Source of the DNA: Saprolegnia diclina VS20
Lineage: Eukaryota
Direction of reading: 5' to 3'
Assembly: GCF_000281045.1 (NCBI RefSeq)
Contig: NW_008246085.1
Span: forward strand, 681,205 to 738,130
DNA: 56,926 nt
Notes under the pieces: generated by a model
What the model saw: the letters and a program-made list of their open reading frames with translations, nothing else
Database searches by the model: none
What the model was told of the DNA's origin: nothing
Shown here: positions 24,761 through 37,100 of the stretch, piece by piece
How the letters are laid out: every line of letters starts with the position of its first letter
Numbering within the stretch: position 1 is the first letter of the stretch
Program-made: the position numbers and the translations under genes

Positions 24761-24954
24761 CCCGAGTTGGCGTAAATTTAGTGGAAGCCGTTTCAGGACG
24801 CTGCCACGACATGTGCCGAATGAAGCGACTGACGTGGCACATGCCGCTTTGGAACCGAGCTCAACCGGATACCTGCCGAATCAAAGGCCAAGTCGCGCGT
24901 ATCCGGATGACGTGGCTAAACATAGAGCAACCAAAATAGGCTGCTGGGCGATCG

Positions 24955-26950
24955 ATGACCATATTGCAACTCATGGGCGACGAGAAGCGGTCGGCTGTCG
25001 TCATGGCCGCTACCACGGACGCGCCGAGCGTGACGGAGCAGGAGGCGGCCAGCGCGCTGCAGGCGCGGCAGCATCTGCGCCGCCACTTTGGCTACCTCCC
25101 GATCCCGATCGCGTTCTTCCTCGTGTTTTGCGGCATGGCGCTGACTCATGTGCCAATCAACAAGATGTATCCCGCCGAGACGGGTCTCTACTCGGCCTTG
25201 GTGACCACCGGAACGGTATGTCGGTGCTGCTTCACATGCCTCTATACGAGTGGCTAGGACGCGATCACGACAGCAACAACGATGAAGTACGGCAACATTG
25301 GCAGCCAAAGCGACGTCTTTTCGTGGCTCACCGACACGTTCATCCCGACAACGTTCGTCACGACCGACTACAACGGCAAGAACCTCACCAACGCCGAGTT
25401 CTTCCGGCGCATCCAGCTCTTCCACTCAATCCTCGGGGCCGTCGAGTTTCAAACGACATCGGCGAACCTTGTCGCGTGCACGGGCTCGGGCCCGCTCCAG
25501 ACGATCTACCCGCACTGCCACGACGTGGGGGACGTCGTGACCGAGTACTTTTACCTCGACGCAGGCACGACTGCGACCGAGGCCGCGGCGCTCGTGGCCG
25601 CCAAACAAGCCAGCGGCTCGTGGCTCAGCCTCGCTACGACCAAGCTCGACATGACGCTGGCGACGTACGACGGCGAGCTCAAGATTATGAACATCGTCAC
25701 GTACGCGCTCTCATTTGGCCTCGGTGGCTCCATCCACCTTGAGAGCGATATCGTCGCTGTCCCCACCGACCCGTACGATGGCGCTGGCCCCATCGTGCTC
25801 GACGTCGTCGTCGGTCTCTTCTTCCTCGGGACGCTTTTCGCAGAGGTGCGCCGAGGCCGCCAGCGCCGGCTGCGTGATTTGGTCGGCTTTTGGCACGTCA
25901 TCGAGTGGGCGTCGCTCGTTGCGATCCTCGTCTTTTACGTGCTCTGGGCCATCCTCTGCTCGTACATTTACGACGGCGACTTTACGATCCTCCTCACGGC
26001 GGTCGGCGCCAGCGGTGCAAGCTTCAACCACGGCACGAACGCGACGAGTGCGCGCGCCAACCTCACGCAGCTCACGGGCCGCATCAAGCTCATGGGCCAG
26101 GTCATGACGAGCGTCCGTGTCGTCGCCATGGTCGTCATGCTGCTCCTCGTCACCCGGTACACGCCATCAAGTTGCATGGATGTATGGATGTTTGGATATC
26201 ACTAGGATTCTGAGCGCGATGCGCTTCCACCCGAATCTGAACGTGCTCACGTCGACGCTCGCGCGGTCGCTGAGTCTCTTTGGTCCGTTCTTCGTCGTCT
26301 ACGCAGTCTGCGTCGCGGGCTTTGTCTCGGCGGGGCACATCCTCTTTGGCGCGCGCCTCCGCGCGTTCTCGACGATCGGGTACGCGATCGTGACGGTCAT
26401 CAACCTCTCGTTCGGGCAGTTTGACTTTGCTTCGATCGCCGACATCAACTACTACGTCGCGCTCTTCTACTACTGGAGCACGCTCATCGTGCTCTTCCTC
26501 GTCCTCTTCAACCTCATGCTCGCGATCGTCCTCAAGTCGTACGACCAAGTCACCGAGACGACCGCGGCGAACCGATCGGTCCTCGCCGAAATGACGGTCG
26601 TGGCGCGCCATGCGTTTGGCGCCGACAAGATGGCAGCGCTGCACGCAAAGCTCATGACGACCAAGGCGGCATGGAGCGCGAAGGAGTTGGCGGCGGACCT
26701 CGGTATCTCCGAGGCGCGCGCGCTCCGAGCGATCCGCGACGTCAAGACGCTCGCGCAGGTAGTAGTACGCTCGGCTTACCCGTGCCAACTACGTGAGTAG
26801 GTCCAACGCGCGCCAGAAAATCTACAACCGGTCGACGACAGAGACAGTAGTGTCGCGCGCCTCGAGGCCAAGATCGACCGCTTGGAAGAGGCCATGACGC
26901 AACTGCTCGTTCAGCTGCAAGCCACAAAGCCCGTCGAGGTCGACGTGTAA
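24955..26950 (+). CDS. Polycystin-2 (PKD2/TRPP)-like cation channel
   Basis: TM1, large extracellular loop (VFSWL), TM2-6, pore segment AFSTIG...LSFGQFDF, FLVLFNLMLAIVLKSYDQV, C-terminal coiled coil (RLEAKIDRLEE). Introns ~25216, ~26156, ~26759. Confidence 0.82.
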
Positions 26951-27055
26951 TCAAAGCCATTGGCATCGACCTGTTGAGACGCGAGCGTCAATGAGCAGCG
27001 TTGTTATCCCAGGTCTTATCGTCCACGTGACAAGAGGACGCTCTGCAGCAGCTGC

Positions 27056-28644
27056 TTACGAGGCGGCAGTCGGGTTGATGAGGTCCTTCATGCGTTCGCT
27101 GAGCGCCGTGTACCACTTGTGGTACTCGAAGATGTCGCCCTTGCCTCTCCGGATCTCGACGAGGTGGAGCGAGTCGGCGAGCACGTAGATCTGCACCGTG
27201 CAGCCCACCGCGCCCTTGGGCGTCGTGAGTGTCGCCTTGAGCTTAAAGTTGGCCGAGTCCGCGTGCACTTCGCAGCCGGCCATGGCCGTCATGTGGTTCG
27301 TGATGCTCGTCAGGATCGTCGACGCGTCGAGCGTCGACGTGAACTGCGTGCTGCGCTTGACGCGCTTGTCGTCAAAGGACTGGAACATGCGGTTGAGCGC
27401 GATGCCACCGCACATGTTGATGAGGTCGAACGCGTTCATCATCTTGGGGCCGGCCTCCTTCTTGCGCGTGCTCTCAATGTCGGCGTGCTCCTGAATCGCA
27501 GAGTCCAAGTCGGCCTGCGACGGCTTGAGCTTGAACTTTTCGATCGACGGCTTGGAGCGCTCGACCGGTTCGTCGCTCTCGAGGTGGTTGAGCACCGCGC
27601 CTGTAATAGTCCGATAAGGACGCTAGGATGAGGAGGAGGACGGGCGCACCGTGGGCCGGCGCGCGCTCGAGCTTGTTGGTGTCGTCGAGGTACCACTCGT
27701 CCTGCTGGATGTCCTGAAGGGTCACGCGCGTCTCCGGATCCGGCACGAGGATCTTGTTGAGAAGCGTCTTGACGCGCGGCGAGAACCAGCTCGGGTACGA
27801 GAACTCGGCCTTTTGGATCTTCCGGAAGAGCGCCGACATGGTCGGCTCGTCGAACGGGAGGAAGCCCGCGAGGAGCACGTACAAGATGACGCCGATGGAC
27901 CAGACGTCGGCGGCGCGGCCGTCGTAGCCCTTGTCCGCAAGCACCTCGGGTGCGACGTAGTTGGGCGTACCGCACGTCGTGTGGAGAAGCGACGCACGCG
28001 AGCCGTCCGTGCCGTCACCACCGCCTTCGTACAGCGCGCTCAAGCCGAAATCGGAGATCTTGAGATCCCCATTCTCATCAAGCAAGAGGTTTTCTACCGC
28101 ACATGTAAGTGGTCAGTGGACGAGATCCACCAGATGATGCGGATCATACCGGGCTTGAGGTCGCGATGGCACACGCCCTGCGAGTGGCAGTACTCGACGC
28201 CGTTGACGAGCTGGTGAAAGTAGAACCGGGCTGTCTCCTCGTTGAAGCGGCCTTCGCTCACAATCTTGTCAAAGAGCTCGCCGCCCGTGATGAGCTCGAG
28301 CACAATGAAGATCTACGCCCGCGTGAGATCCACCGCATGATGCTGCTGACGGTCGACCTTGGTGCGACTGGCGAGGACCTCCTTGAGCACGACGACGTGG
28401 CGGTGGCGGACCATCTTCATGATCGAGATCTCCTTCTTGATCTGCGCCCCCATGTTCTGCTTTTGGATTTTGTCCTTGTCGAGCACCTTGATGGCGACGC
28501 GCTCGTCGGTCTCCGTGTTGACGGCGTACTTGACCCTGCACGTGGCAGCATGAGCCTTCGCCCGCGAGGCCATCGTACGTACTTGCCGAAGGTACCCTCG
28601 CCGAGCGTCTTGCCGATCTCGTACTTGCCCACCTTCTTGACCAT
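27056..28644 (-). CDS. CIPK: CBL-interacting (CIPK/SnRK3-like) kinase with NAF domain, multi-exon
   Basis: [62 protein letters not shown] motif MNAFDLI, C-terminal KA1-like VEIRRGKGD. Confidence 0.9.
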
Positions 28645-29181
28645 GGTCGTTTCGATCGCCGAATGAAGTCGTGGCTTGTGATATCCTCGGAATTAAATCA
28701 TTTTATTTTATTACCTAGAAACCACTATTGACTCTGCGGTTTTGTAAGCGCCAGCGTCCGAAGGGGAGGCTAATCGCACGCGACTTGACGCGAATTGCAG
28801 CGCGCCAAAGCGAGCAGGCGTAGTACTGACAGATTGAAGACACAGTTGTCGCATATAACGAGCACCTACACGGGATTCTGCGCCACGCTAGAGACAGTCG
28901 CCGCGCCAATGGCCGCCACGTTGGGCCGCGAGTTGCGTGCGTATAGCCTCAACCCATCCCTCTCCATTACAGAGTCTGCATTTATTAAAAACCGCTGGGA
29001 CCAGAGCACTCTCTCAGAACAGTTCAACATGTCTTGCTTTGAGATATACATACATTTGTAATGCGTTTCTATGGGCACAATAGGAGAAAGTACAGCGTTG
29101 TTACGAGGGAGTTGCTCTACAAAGCAACGGGATCGCGTTGGGTCTCTACGTGGCCAATCAGGAGAAGGCGAGTGAAGCGAA

Positions 29182-30194
29182 ATGCTGGCCCGAGCGACGA
29201 CCGTGGGGCTGGTCGGGCTCCGCCGCAGCGGCTGGCACCAGGTCCGCCACGTGCACCAGCGCCAGTTCAAGTCCTACGAGGCGCTGCGCGCGGATTTCCA
29301 CGAGTGGCTCAAGAAGGAGGTCAAGCTCGTCTCGCTCTTCCTCGCGACAGGCCTCTCCGTCGTCTTTGCCTACGCCTACCGTGACAACTCGCCCGTGCGG
29401 CAGATGCAATACATCTTGGCCGAGGCCACGGCGGCGGCCGAAAGCGGCGACAAACAGCGAGCGCGCCAGCTCACGCAGCGCGCGTACGCGATCGCAGGCT
29501 CCGTGAGCGACCGCGGTACGCCGTTTGCTACAGCCTCAGCTCGTGAGCTCGCTCTATTTAGAGCCCCATCTGTACGAGCTGGCCTTCTCCATTGCCGCGC
29601 AGTACGAGGCGGCGGGGCAGTTTGACTTGGCCAAAAAGTTCTACCACGAAGTACAGCGACTGCGCGCCCTGCGATTGACGACCGCGCGTAGGCGATGACG
29701 CATGCGGCGTACGCCAAGCACGCGGCCAAGCACGTGGGCATGTACCGCATGGTAACGCTCGACCGCATCGCCGAGTGCTGCCACAACCTGTACACAGTCT
29801 GGCGACAGCATTACGCTGACGCGTCTGCCGGTAGGGGCGATGTGCAGGGGGCCGCAACGTATTACCAGCGGGCGCTGGACGTCTACGAGAAGGACCGGGG
29901 CACGAGAGAGCTCGCGAAGGACCAGATGGACTCCGAGGTCTGTGGGATCTGGTTCAACTACGGTACGATGCTTGCTCGTGGCTGAGCGTCGCCTCACGGG
30001 ATGCAGCGCGCCTGTGCATGGACAGCCGTCAGTACACCGAAGGCGGCCAGCTTCTCCGGAAAGCCGCGCAGTGCGCGCGAGAGAACGATCTCCCAGACGA
30101 CAAGCGCGCGCAGATTCACGAGCTTGCGGCGCAGCTCGGCGCGGTACCGCGTCCGACGTTCAACGCGCTCGTCGGCGGGGGCGTCGACATTTAG
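29182..30194 (+). CDS. Probable mitochondrial membrane-anchored TPR protein (TTC19-like), multi-exon
   Basis: Presequence-like MLARATT...RQF, one hydrophobic segment, TPR-like helices (TLDRIAECCHN..GDVQGAATYYQRAL; IWFNY). Stop 30192-30194. Confidence 0.6.
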
Positions 30195-30262
30195 CTTGCA
30201 CCAAGCATTAAATGTTCATACAACAAAAGCCTCTTGTCGTTACGACTTGGTCGAGGATGACA

Positions 30263-31420
30263 CTAGGCGTTGGGCTGAAGGGCATTCCGGAGGCGGTCGA
30301 TGACGCCCGACGACGTCGCTTGGTCGAGGATCATGGCCACGGTGCGGCCTTTCCCGTCGACCGCGTGGACGTCCGCGCCGGCGGCCACGAGCGTCTTGAC
30401 AGCGCCGGCACTCGCCATCTCGACGGCGTAGTGCAGCGCGGTCTTGCCCTCGGGGCACACGACGTTGAGCTCGTCCTTGGTCAAGAATGGAATGAGCGCG
30501 TCGAGGTACTCGGACTTGTTCCAGGAGGCAAACTTGTGCAGCGCCGTGAGCCCGTATGCGTCGGCGCCGGCGGGGTTGACACCTTCCTTACTGAGAAGGG
30601 TCGTCTTCGTGAGGTGGAGGCGGATGTCCTCGAGGTCCCCGGGAAAGTCGATGAGCTTGCTCAGCGGCCGGCGCTCGTCGTCCGAGTTGGTCGTTACGCG
30701 CCCCGAGAACGTCGTGCCTTCGTCGGCCTTGAACATGGTCTTGAGCACTGTCGTTGTCTTCTTGAGCTTGACCTGGCCAAGGCCGCCAAGACCAAAGATC
30801 GACACCTTCTTCGTAACGTCGTTTACGCTCGGCGGCGGTGGCATGGTCTCGGCGCGGTACGCAGCGCTAATGGCTTGGACTTTCTCGAACTCGACCTCGG
30901 AGCAGCGGCTCCGGTCGGCGAGGTACTCGTTGAAGGTGGCGACGATCGGGTTCTCAGCGTTATCGTGGCTCACGTCCTTCGGGCCGCGGTTCCACTTGTC
31001 CGTCACAGAGAGACGCGCGCCGTTGGCAAGAAGAACGTTGGCCGTCTTGGCGGCGCTCTTGTCGCCGGAACCAGCGCAGAGGTGCAGCGGCGTCTCCCCG
31101 TACGCGTTTTGGGCGTTGATGTCGACGCGGCCATCGGCGTGGAGGAGCGCAATGGCTTCCAGCGATGCGTAGAGAGCGGCCATGTGCATGCCCGTGTCGT
31201 TGTTCTTTGACGTCTGGCGCACGTCGACGCGCGGGTCGGCGAGCAAGATCGCGAGCAGCTTGGCGTCGTCGTTGAGGCACGCGTAGTGGAAGGCTGACTT
31301 GCTGTCCTTGTCGACCTTGTTGATGATCTCGGCCGTCAGCTCGGGCGAGGCCAGGAGGGCCTTGACCTCGTCCAGGTCGCCACAGGCTGCAGCATCGACG
31401 AACGCGCTCTCGGCCGGCAT
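30263..31420 (-). CDS. Ankyrin-repeat protein with central polyPro + LKKT motif (intronless)
   Basis: SAFHYAC, TGMHMAA, GETPLHLCA, GLTALHKFA, GKTALHYAV repeats; strong codon bias. Confidence 0.88.
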   Translation of the reverse strand: MPAESAFVDAAACGDLDEVKALLASPELTAEIINKVDKDSKSAFHYACLNDDAKLLAILLADPRVDVRQTSKNNDTGMHMAALYASLEAIALLHADGRVDINAQNAYGETPLHLCAGSGDKSAAKTANVLLANGARLSVTDKWNRGPKDVSHDNAENPIVATFNEYLADRSRCSEVEFEKVQAISAAYRAETMPPPPSVNDVTKKVSIFGLGGLGQVKLKKTTTVLKTMFKADEGTTFSGRVTTNSDDERRPLSKLIDFPGDLEDIRLHLTKTTLLSKEGVNPAGADAYGLTALHKFASWNKSEYLDALIPFLTKDELNVVCPEGKTALHYAVEMASAGAVKTLVAAGADVHAVDGKGRTVAMILDQATSSGVIDRLRNALQPNA

Positions 31421-31615
31421 GGGTCCCACAATCAAATTTGAAGCTTGCCTTGCGTCTTCACGTGTTGCTTATGTGTGTTTACTACAAGTGTTTTATACAT
31501 ACATTATCCAGATAAAATATATCGAACAGTTTTTTACTCACTGCAAAAACACATACCTGACAGTGCATTCAGTGTGGGAGGTCGTCCATTTAGTTGGCGA
31601 ATTGCGGCAGCGACC

Positions 31616-32452
31616 ATGGAGCTCACGATCGTGTACGTGCATGGCCTGTCGCTGGGCAGGCGGGCAGGCGCTCATGCGGCAAGTGGCGCGTAGGAACATG
31701 GTGGGCAGCGGCTCCTTGGAGAACAAGTTTGTGCTCTCGGAGGTCGTGGCCAAGACGGGCAAGCGCGCCGAGCTCATCCCGAAGAAGAACTGCGTGCTCT
31801 TGAAGCTCACGAACCCGCGCGCGTCGGCGATGCTCTTCCCGTCCGGAAAGGTACGCCACGCGTATCTTCGTCGCTATGTATTTAGCGCCGTATACAGCTG
31901 GTCGTCACGGGCGCCAGCACCGAGGACATGCTCAAGGCTGCGGCGCAAAAGTGCACGCAGATCCTCAAGAGCCTCAAGTTCCACGTTGGCCTCATGCACT
32001 TCCGCCTCGAGAACGTCATTGGCCGCGCCGACGCCAACTTCCGCATCCTCCTCGAAGAGCTCTCGCTCGCCCACCCCGACATCACGACGGTACGATTCGC
32101 ATGCAACGGCCTCTCGTTATGCATCGTCGCAGTACGAGCCCGAGCTGTACCCGGCGCTCATCTACCGCATGCCACGGCCAAAAGTGCACATTCTCATCTT
32201 TGTCAGGTACGTGCTATCGTCTTCCTGCGTCCTTTCTGAGGCATAAGCTAGCGGCAAGGTCGTCTTCACCGGCTCGCGCGACGCCCGGGACCTGCGCGAG
32301 GCCTGCTATCTCATTTCACCTGTACGTACACCCTTGATATCAGCGGCTCATGTGATGCGATGAAGATCCTCGAGCAATTCCGTGACTCCAAGCTGCCCAA
32401 CGCTGACCACCATATTGGTCACGCCTTCGAGACGGCGACGCCCCGCGACTAA
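31616..32452 (+). CDS. Divergent TATA-binding-protein-like factor (core only), multi-exon
   Basis: Spliced: MELTIVNMVGS...PRASAMLFPSGK|LVVTGAST...ENVIG...|YEPELYPALIYRM...LIFV|SGKVVFTGSR...ISP|ILEQFR. Both TBP direct repeats are recognisable. Confidence 0.85.
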
Positions 32453-32562
32453 TACATCAACCCCTAAGATCTCACATGCGTCGATTCCAGGCTCCAGGTG
32501 CTCGGTGCACTGTCGTGATGCAGGACGAAGGGTACACCTGTGGAAGGGGTCGTTGGACCAGC

Positions 32563-33857
32563 TTAGCGCGTCGAGAACTTTTGCGACATGGAGCCTTTCG
32601 TGTGGATGCACGAGATAGCTTCGGCGAGGAAGGGCGCGACGCTCAGCGTCACAATCTTGTCCGACTTGGCGGCTTCGAGCGACTCGGGAATCGTGTTGGT
32701 CGTCACGAGCAAGTCGAGGTCGGGGCACGCGTTCACGTCTTCGACCGCCTAAGATCCGAATGGGCTCGATGCCTCCGATCCAAGCAGCAGTACCGTCGAC
32801 GAGTACCGGCCGTGGACGCAGAACGCACTCACAGACGATGCACCCTGGCTCTTGAGAAGCTTCGCCACGTCGATCAAGGTCGAGCCTAAGGAATAAGATC
32901 GTATCCGCTCGCTCACGGTACACAGTTTGTACCTGTGTCGATGAGGTTGTCGACGACGATGCAGTCCTTGCCCTTGACGTCGCCGACGACCTCGCCCGGC
33001 TTGGACCGGTCGACGTGGTGCTTCTTGACGACAATGGCCATCGGCAGGCCTACGAGATGGCGATACGGTCATGCGGCAGGCAGAGCGTCGTACTGTCGTC
33101 GTAGGTGCGCGAGAGGATGTCCCGGAAGATGACCGACTTGGGCACGGCGGACGCGTGCGGCGCAATCACGCACGGATTCGCGAGCTGGCGCTCGGAAAAG
33201 TAGACGGACCCAATCGGCGACGCGCCAAGGTTGTCGACGGGGATCGTGGGCTTGAAGAAGCCTTCGATCTGCGCGCTGTGGAGGTCGACCGTCACGACGT
33301 GGTCGACACCCATCTCCTCGAGCATGTGGGCAATGTCCTAGAAGAAGGTGAGACATACCTGCATGAGATACGATTCGTACGGCCGCCGCAATCGGCTCGC
33401 GGCCTTTGATCATGTCCTGGCGTGCGTAGCCGTAGAACGGGATGACGGCGACGATGGTCTTGGCCGACGCGCGACGCATGGCAGCGATCGAGAGCAGCAG
33501 CTCCATGATGCGGTCGACCGTGATCGTCGAGCAGACGATGTAGACCTTCTGGCCGCGCACGTTGGCGTTGACCGCGATGCTTGTCTCGCCGTCCGCAAAC
33601 TTATTGACGGCCATTGGGCTCAGCTCGACGCCCAAGTAGTCGGCGATCTCGTCCGCGATCGGCGTCTCGCCGCATTTGAAGAGCTTGACCGACTTGGCGA
33701 TATCCGGGTGCATCTTGCCGCGGTAAAAGTGCCAGCGCTTGGTCGTGAGCGTCTTGCTCTCGGCGGGCGACGACGCCGTCAGGAGGCCCAGGCCCATGCC
33801 GAGGGCCATGGCGGCGCCGCCGAGGGCCCGGCGCGATGCGAGAGTTGCTGCCATCAT
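32563..33857 (-). CDS. PRS: Ribose-phosphate pyrophosphokinase family protein with N-terminal targeting/TM extension, multi-exon
   Basis: KFADGET, NVRG, MELLL..AMRRASAK..AVIPFYGYARQD, VDLHSAQIEGFF..PVDNL, VGDVKGKDCIVVDNLIDTG, VTTNTIP, SVAPFLAEAI. Confidence 0.88.
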
Positions 33858-34156
33858 CGTGGTCGTCTTGTTTCGGCAACTGTGCGATGGCGAGAGTTGA
33901 TATTGAACCTCTAAAACTCGATGCAATATCAACGGTCGAGAGGTTGCGATCCTCAAAGCAGGCAGCGCGCATGCAGCCTCCGGCCTGTGCTTGCGGCGTC
34001 GGATCACCCCTGCGACGCCGGCGTCTCGGAGGAGGCCCGGCCGCCGATCCCGCTCCGTCCCACTCTTGCGGACCATCAGTCTTGCGAGCCACACCAATTG
34101 CCGTTCGCGATAAAAAAAAGTGTATTTTAGTGTAATGACATGCATTGCATAAGATC

Positions 34157-37100
34157 TTAGAACGGGTTGGAGCTTGGCTTTTCAATGTAGACCCAGAGCG
34201 TGATGAAGATGAGGCCAAACGCGATCATCGACTGCCCGATAAAGTTGCCCTGGTCCATGAGGCTGTGGTAGCTCCACCCAAAGTACTCCTGGATCGACAT
34301 GCGCACGCTGGGCCCGAGCTTGGACGCGATGAAGATGCCCATCATCATGGACGCCACGAGGAGCGACGCGCCGTGCGACGTCTGGAGCGAGTTGTACGTG
34401 GCGAAGAAGCGGATGAGCGCCCAGATGACGCCAAAGACGTGCGCGAAGAACATGACGACGTTCGGGAGCTCGGTCGTCGACCCGCGGGACGAGCTGCCCG
34501 TGACGAACCACGTGGGCTCACGGCCCGTGAGCTTCCACCAAAACGTCTCAAAGACCGCCGACGTGTGCGTGAACGCGTAGGCGAACCACGCTTCCTGCGA
34601 CCGGACGACGTCGTTGTTCTCGACGGTGCGGTTGCTCATCGCCGAGAGCATGCCCTGGATGAGGAGCTTGGGCACGAGCGCGTAGAGGAGGCGGAGGCCG
34701 GCCATGTAGATGGGCGCGTAGCCCGTGAAGAGGAAGTAGAGCGTGATGTAGTAGAAGAGGACGGCGCAGATCGACCCGATCGGGTAAATCGTCGAGTTGA
34801 TGTAGAACACCTTGCGCATGAAGCCGTGCTTCTTGGGCTTGGGCGGCACTTGGCACACGGGTCGCTGCCAGTCCGGGTCAAAGTAGTTCTTCTTCTTGTT
34901 CATGAGCATGATCTGGAAGTTGCCCTTCGCCCAGCGCTTGCGCTGCGCGAGCGACGACGCGACGTTGTCGGGCACGAGGCCTTCGGCGAGGCGGATGCGC
35001 TCCGACATTTCGCCTTCAAAGTCCTTGCGGAAGTAGAGGCCCTTCCAGCCCATGCCGCAGAGCTGCATGCCCGTGTAGCAATCTTCCGTGAGCGACCCGT
35101 ACTGGATCCCGCCGATCGAGTCGAGCGCCTCGCGACGGAAGATGGCGTTCGTACCGGCGAACGACGCGCACTCGTACCCGTCCTGGCCCGTCTGGATCGC
35201 GTCGTAGAAGGTCGCGTTGCGGTGGCCGAGCGGGTCACCGATCTGGAACTGGACGCAGTCGCGGAAGTACTGCGGCGTTTGTACAAAGCCGACCGCGTTG
35301 TCGCGGACCTCGTCCGAGTAGTTGGAGTTGGCCGTGAGCCCGTCCTCGAGGTTCTCGGCGGTGTTGCACTTCTTGCAGACGCCGTACTTGTCGACGTTGT
35401 TGCCGCACGAGACGCACTTGAGCGTCTTCTCGCCCTTCGTGTGCTTCTCCGTCATCGTGCCGTTGACCTGGCGGCGGTGCAGCGCCGACGCCGTGTGCAT
35501 CGAGTTCTCAAAGCACTGCTGCGAGCAGTAGCTCATCTGCTCCTCCGGGACGCCGGCGATCTTGCACGACGCGCAGCACATGCGCGCAATGTTGTTGCAG
35601 CCCGACGTGCAGCACGTGTACTTGACCTTGCCCAAGCGCTCCTCCGAGTCGAAGAAGAAGGGCAGCGTCGCGAGCAGAAACTTGGGGTGCGGCTGCATGT
35701 CGTTGTCGAGGATGAGGCAGTAGCGGCCGATCGCACCTTCGTTGTAGCACGCGTTGTTGATGTTGCCGGCCTTGGAGTAGTGCGTCGGCGGCTTGACGCG
35801 CCCGACAAACGTGACGTGCGGGAGGCCGCTGTACTTGTAGTCGTCGCGGAACGAGCCGAGCGAGCAGTCGATGCGGGGCACGACACGCGGGCGCGACGCC
35901 GACGGAAGGTTGGCCGACGAGTGCAGCTTGCGCCACGCGTACACCTCGAGCTCCTCGTTCGGGTCGCACACGCGGTCGTACATGAACTGCGCAATCTCTT
36001 GGCGGAGGTCGCCGGCCTTTTCGATGACGCCCTTGTTGAGCTCAATGTCCGGCACCGGGTTGCCCTTGGTAAACTTGGTCTTGCAGTAGCCGTCGTCCAG
36101 AATGTAGATCTGGAGCAAGTGCGGCGGGTACTGGATGTTCATGCACGCTGCGAGCGTGTCGATCGTCTCGTCGGCCGGCTCCGAGTAGTGGCAGATGAAG
36201 ATGTCGACGCGCGGCCACTGCTCGTCCGGCAGCTTGGGCTCAAACTCGTCGAGGTAGTGCGCGCCACGGCGGACCGGCTTCCACATGCCGAGGTAGTAGA
36301 TCGCGCCGAGGACAAAGCTGATGAGTTCGGCGACGAGGAGGCAAAAGTACGAGACCCACTGTGGGATCGACGGCGACGCAAAGCAAGCGACCGTCTCGAC
36401 GCCAGCGAGCTGGAGCCACCACTTGGGCGGCGTGAAGACGCCGTTGAAGGGCTTGGACTGGCAGTACAGCTTGTCCATGGTCTGGCTCAGGATCGTCGAG
36501 CAGTCGACGGTCAAGCGCGCTTGGTCGCACGGCTGGAGACCGACGACGAACCAGAAGACGAGACCCGCAATTTCGACGAGGCCGGCGAGGAGGAAGAGGA
36601 CATAGAGGGAGCGATACGTCGCAAGACCCTTCATGACGTACTTGCGCACATTCGGAAGGCTACGCTCGATGACGTTGCCGGCGCCGTTCTGCACGATGCT
36701 GCTTTCGACGCCCGAGAACCACATGCGGTACTCCTCGTCCGTCTCGGGGCAGAGTACCCAGAGACGGCGCTTGGTGTGGATCTCAAAACCCTTGGTGGGC
36801 AGATCCAAGCGCGCCGACGGGCGCAGCTGGAGCGCGTCCTTGAGCTCAATCGCGCCGACCACGAGCTCCGAATTGCGCGTCTGGAAGTAGCGGCGGCAGT
36901 CGCCGTCGTTCTGGAAGTAGTAGATCTTGGCCTTCTCGAGCGCAAAGTAGCGCTTGCGCCAGCTCTTGTGGATCGGGCCCTTGAGCGCGCGCTTGCCCTG
37001 CTTGTGCATGTAGCCGTGCACCGAGATGACGTTGCTGTCGCCGCTGGCCGATGACGACGGCGGCGTACCCGCGGCCGCGTTGCGCTCCGTGACCTTCATT

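Noticed and set aside
28680..29160. AT-rich intergenic stretch, possible ncRNA or mobile relic
   Set aside because: No tRNA boxes, TIRs or TSDs seen; consistent with a divergent promoter.
30212..31210. Plus-strand ORFs overlapping the ankyrin gene, and the many similar Arg-rich ORFs throughout
   Set aside because: Alternative-frame or antisense artefacts of high GC; each overlaps a better-supported gene.
34145..37054. 969-aa plus-strand ORF
   Set aside because: Antisense shadow of CesA with no motifs and Arg/Val/Leu-skewed composition.
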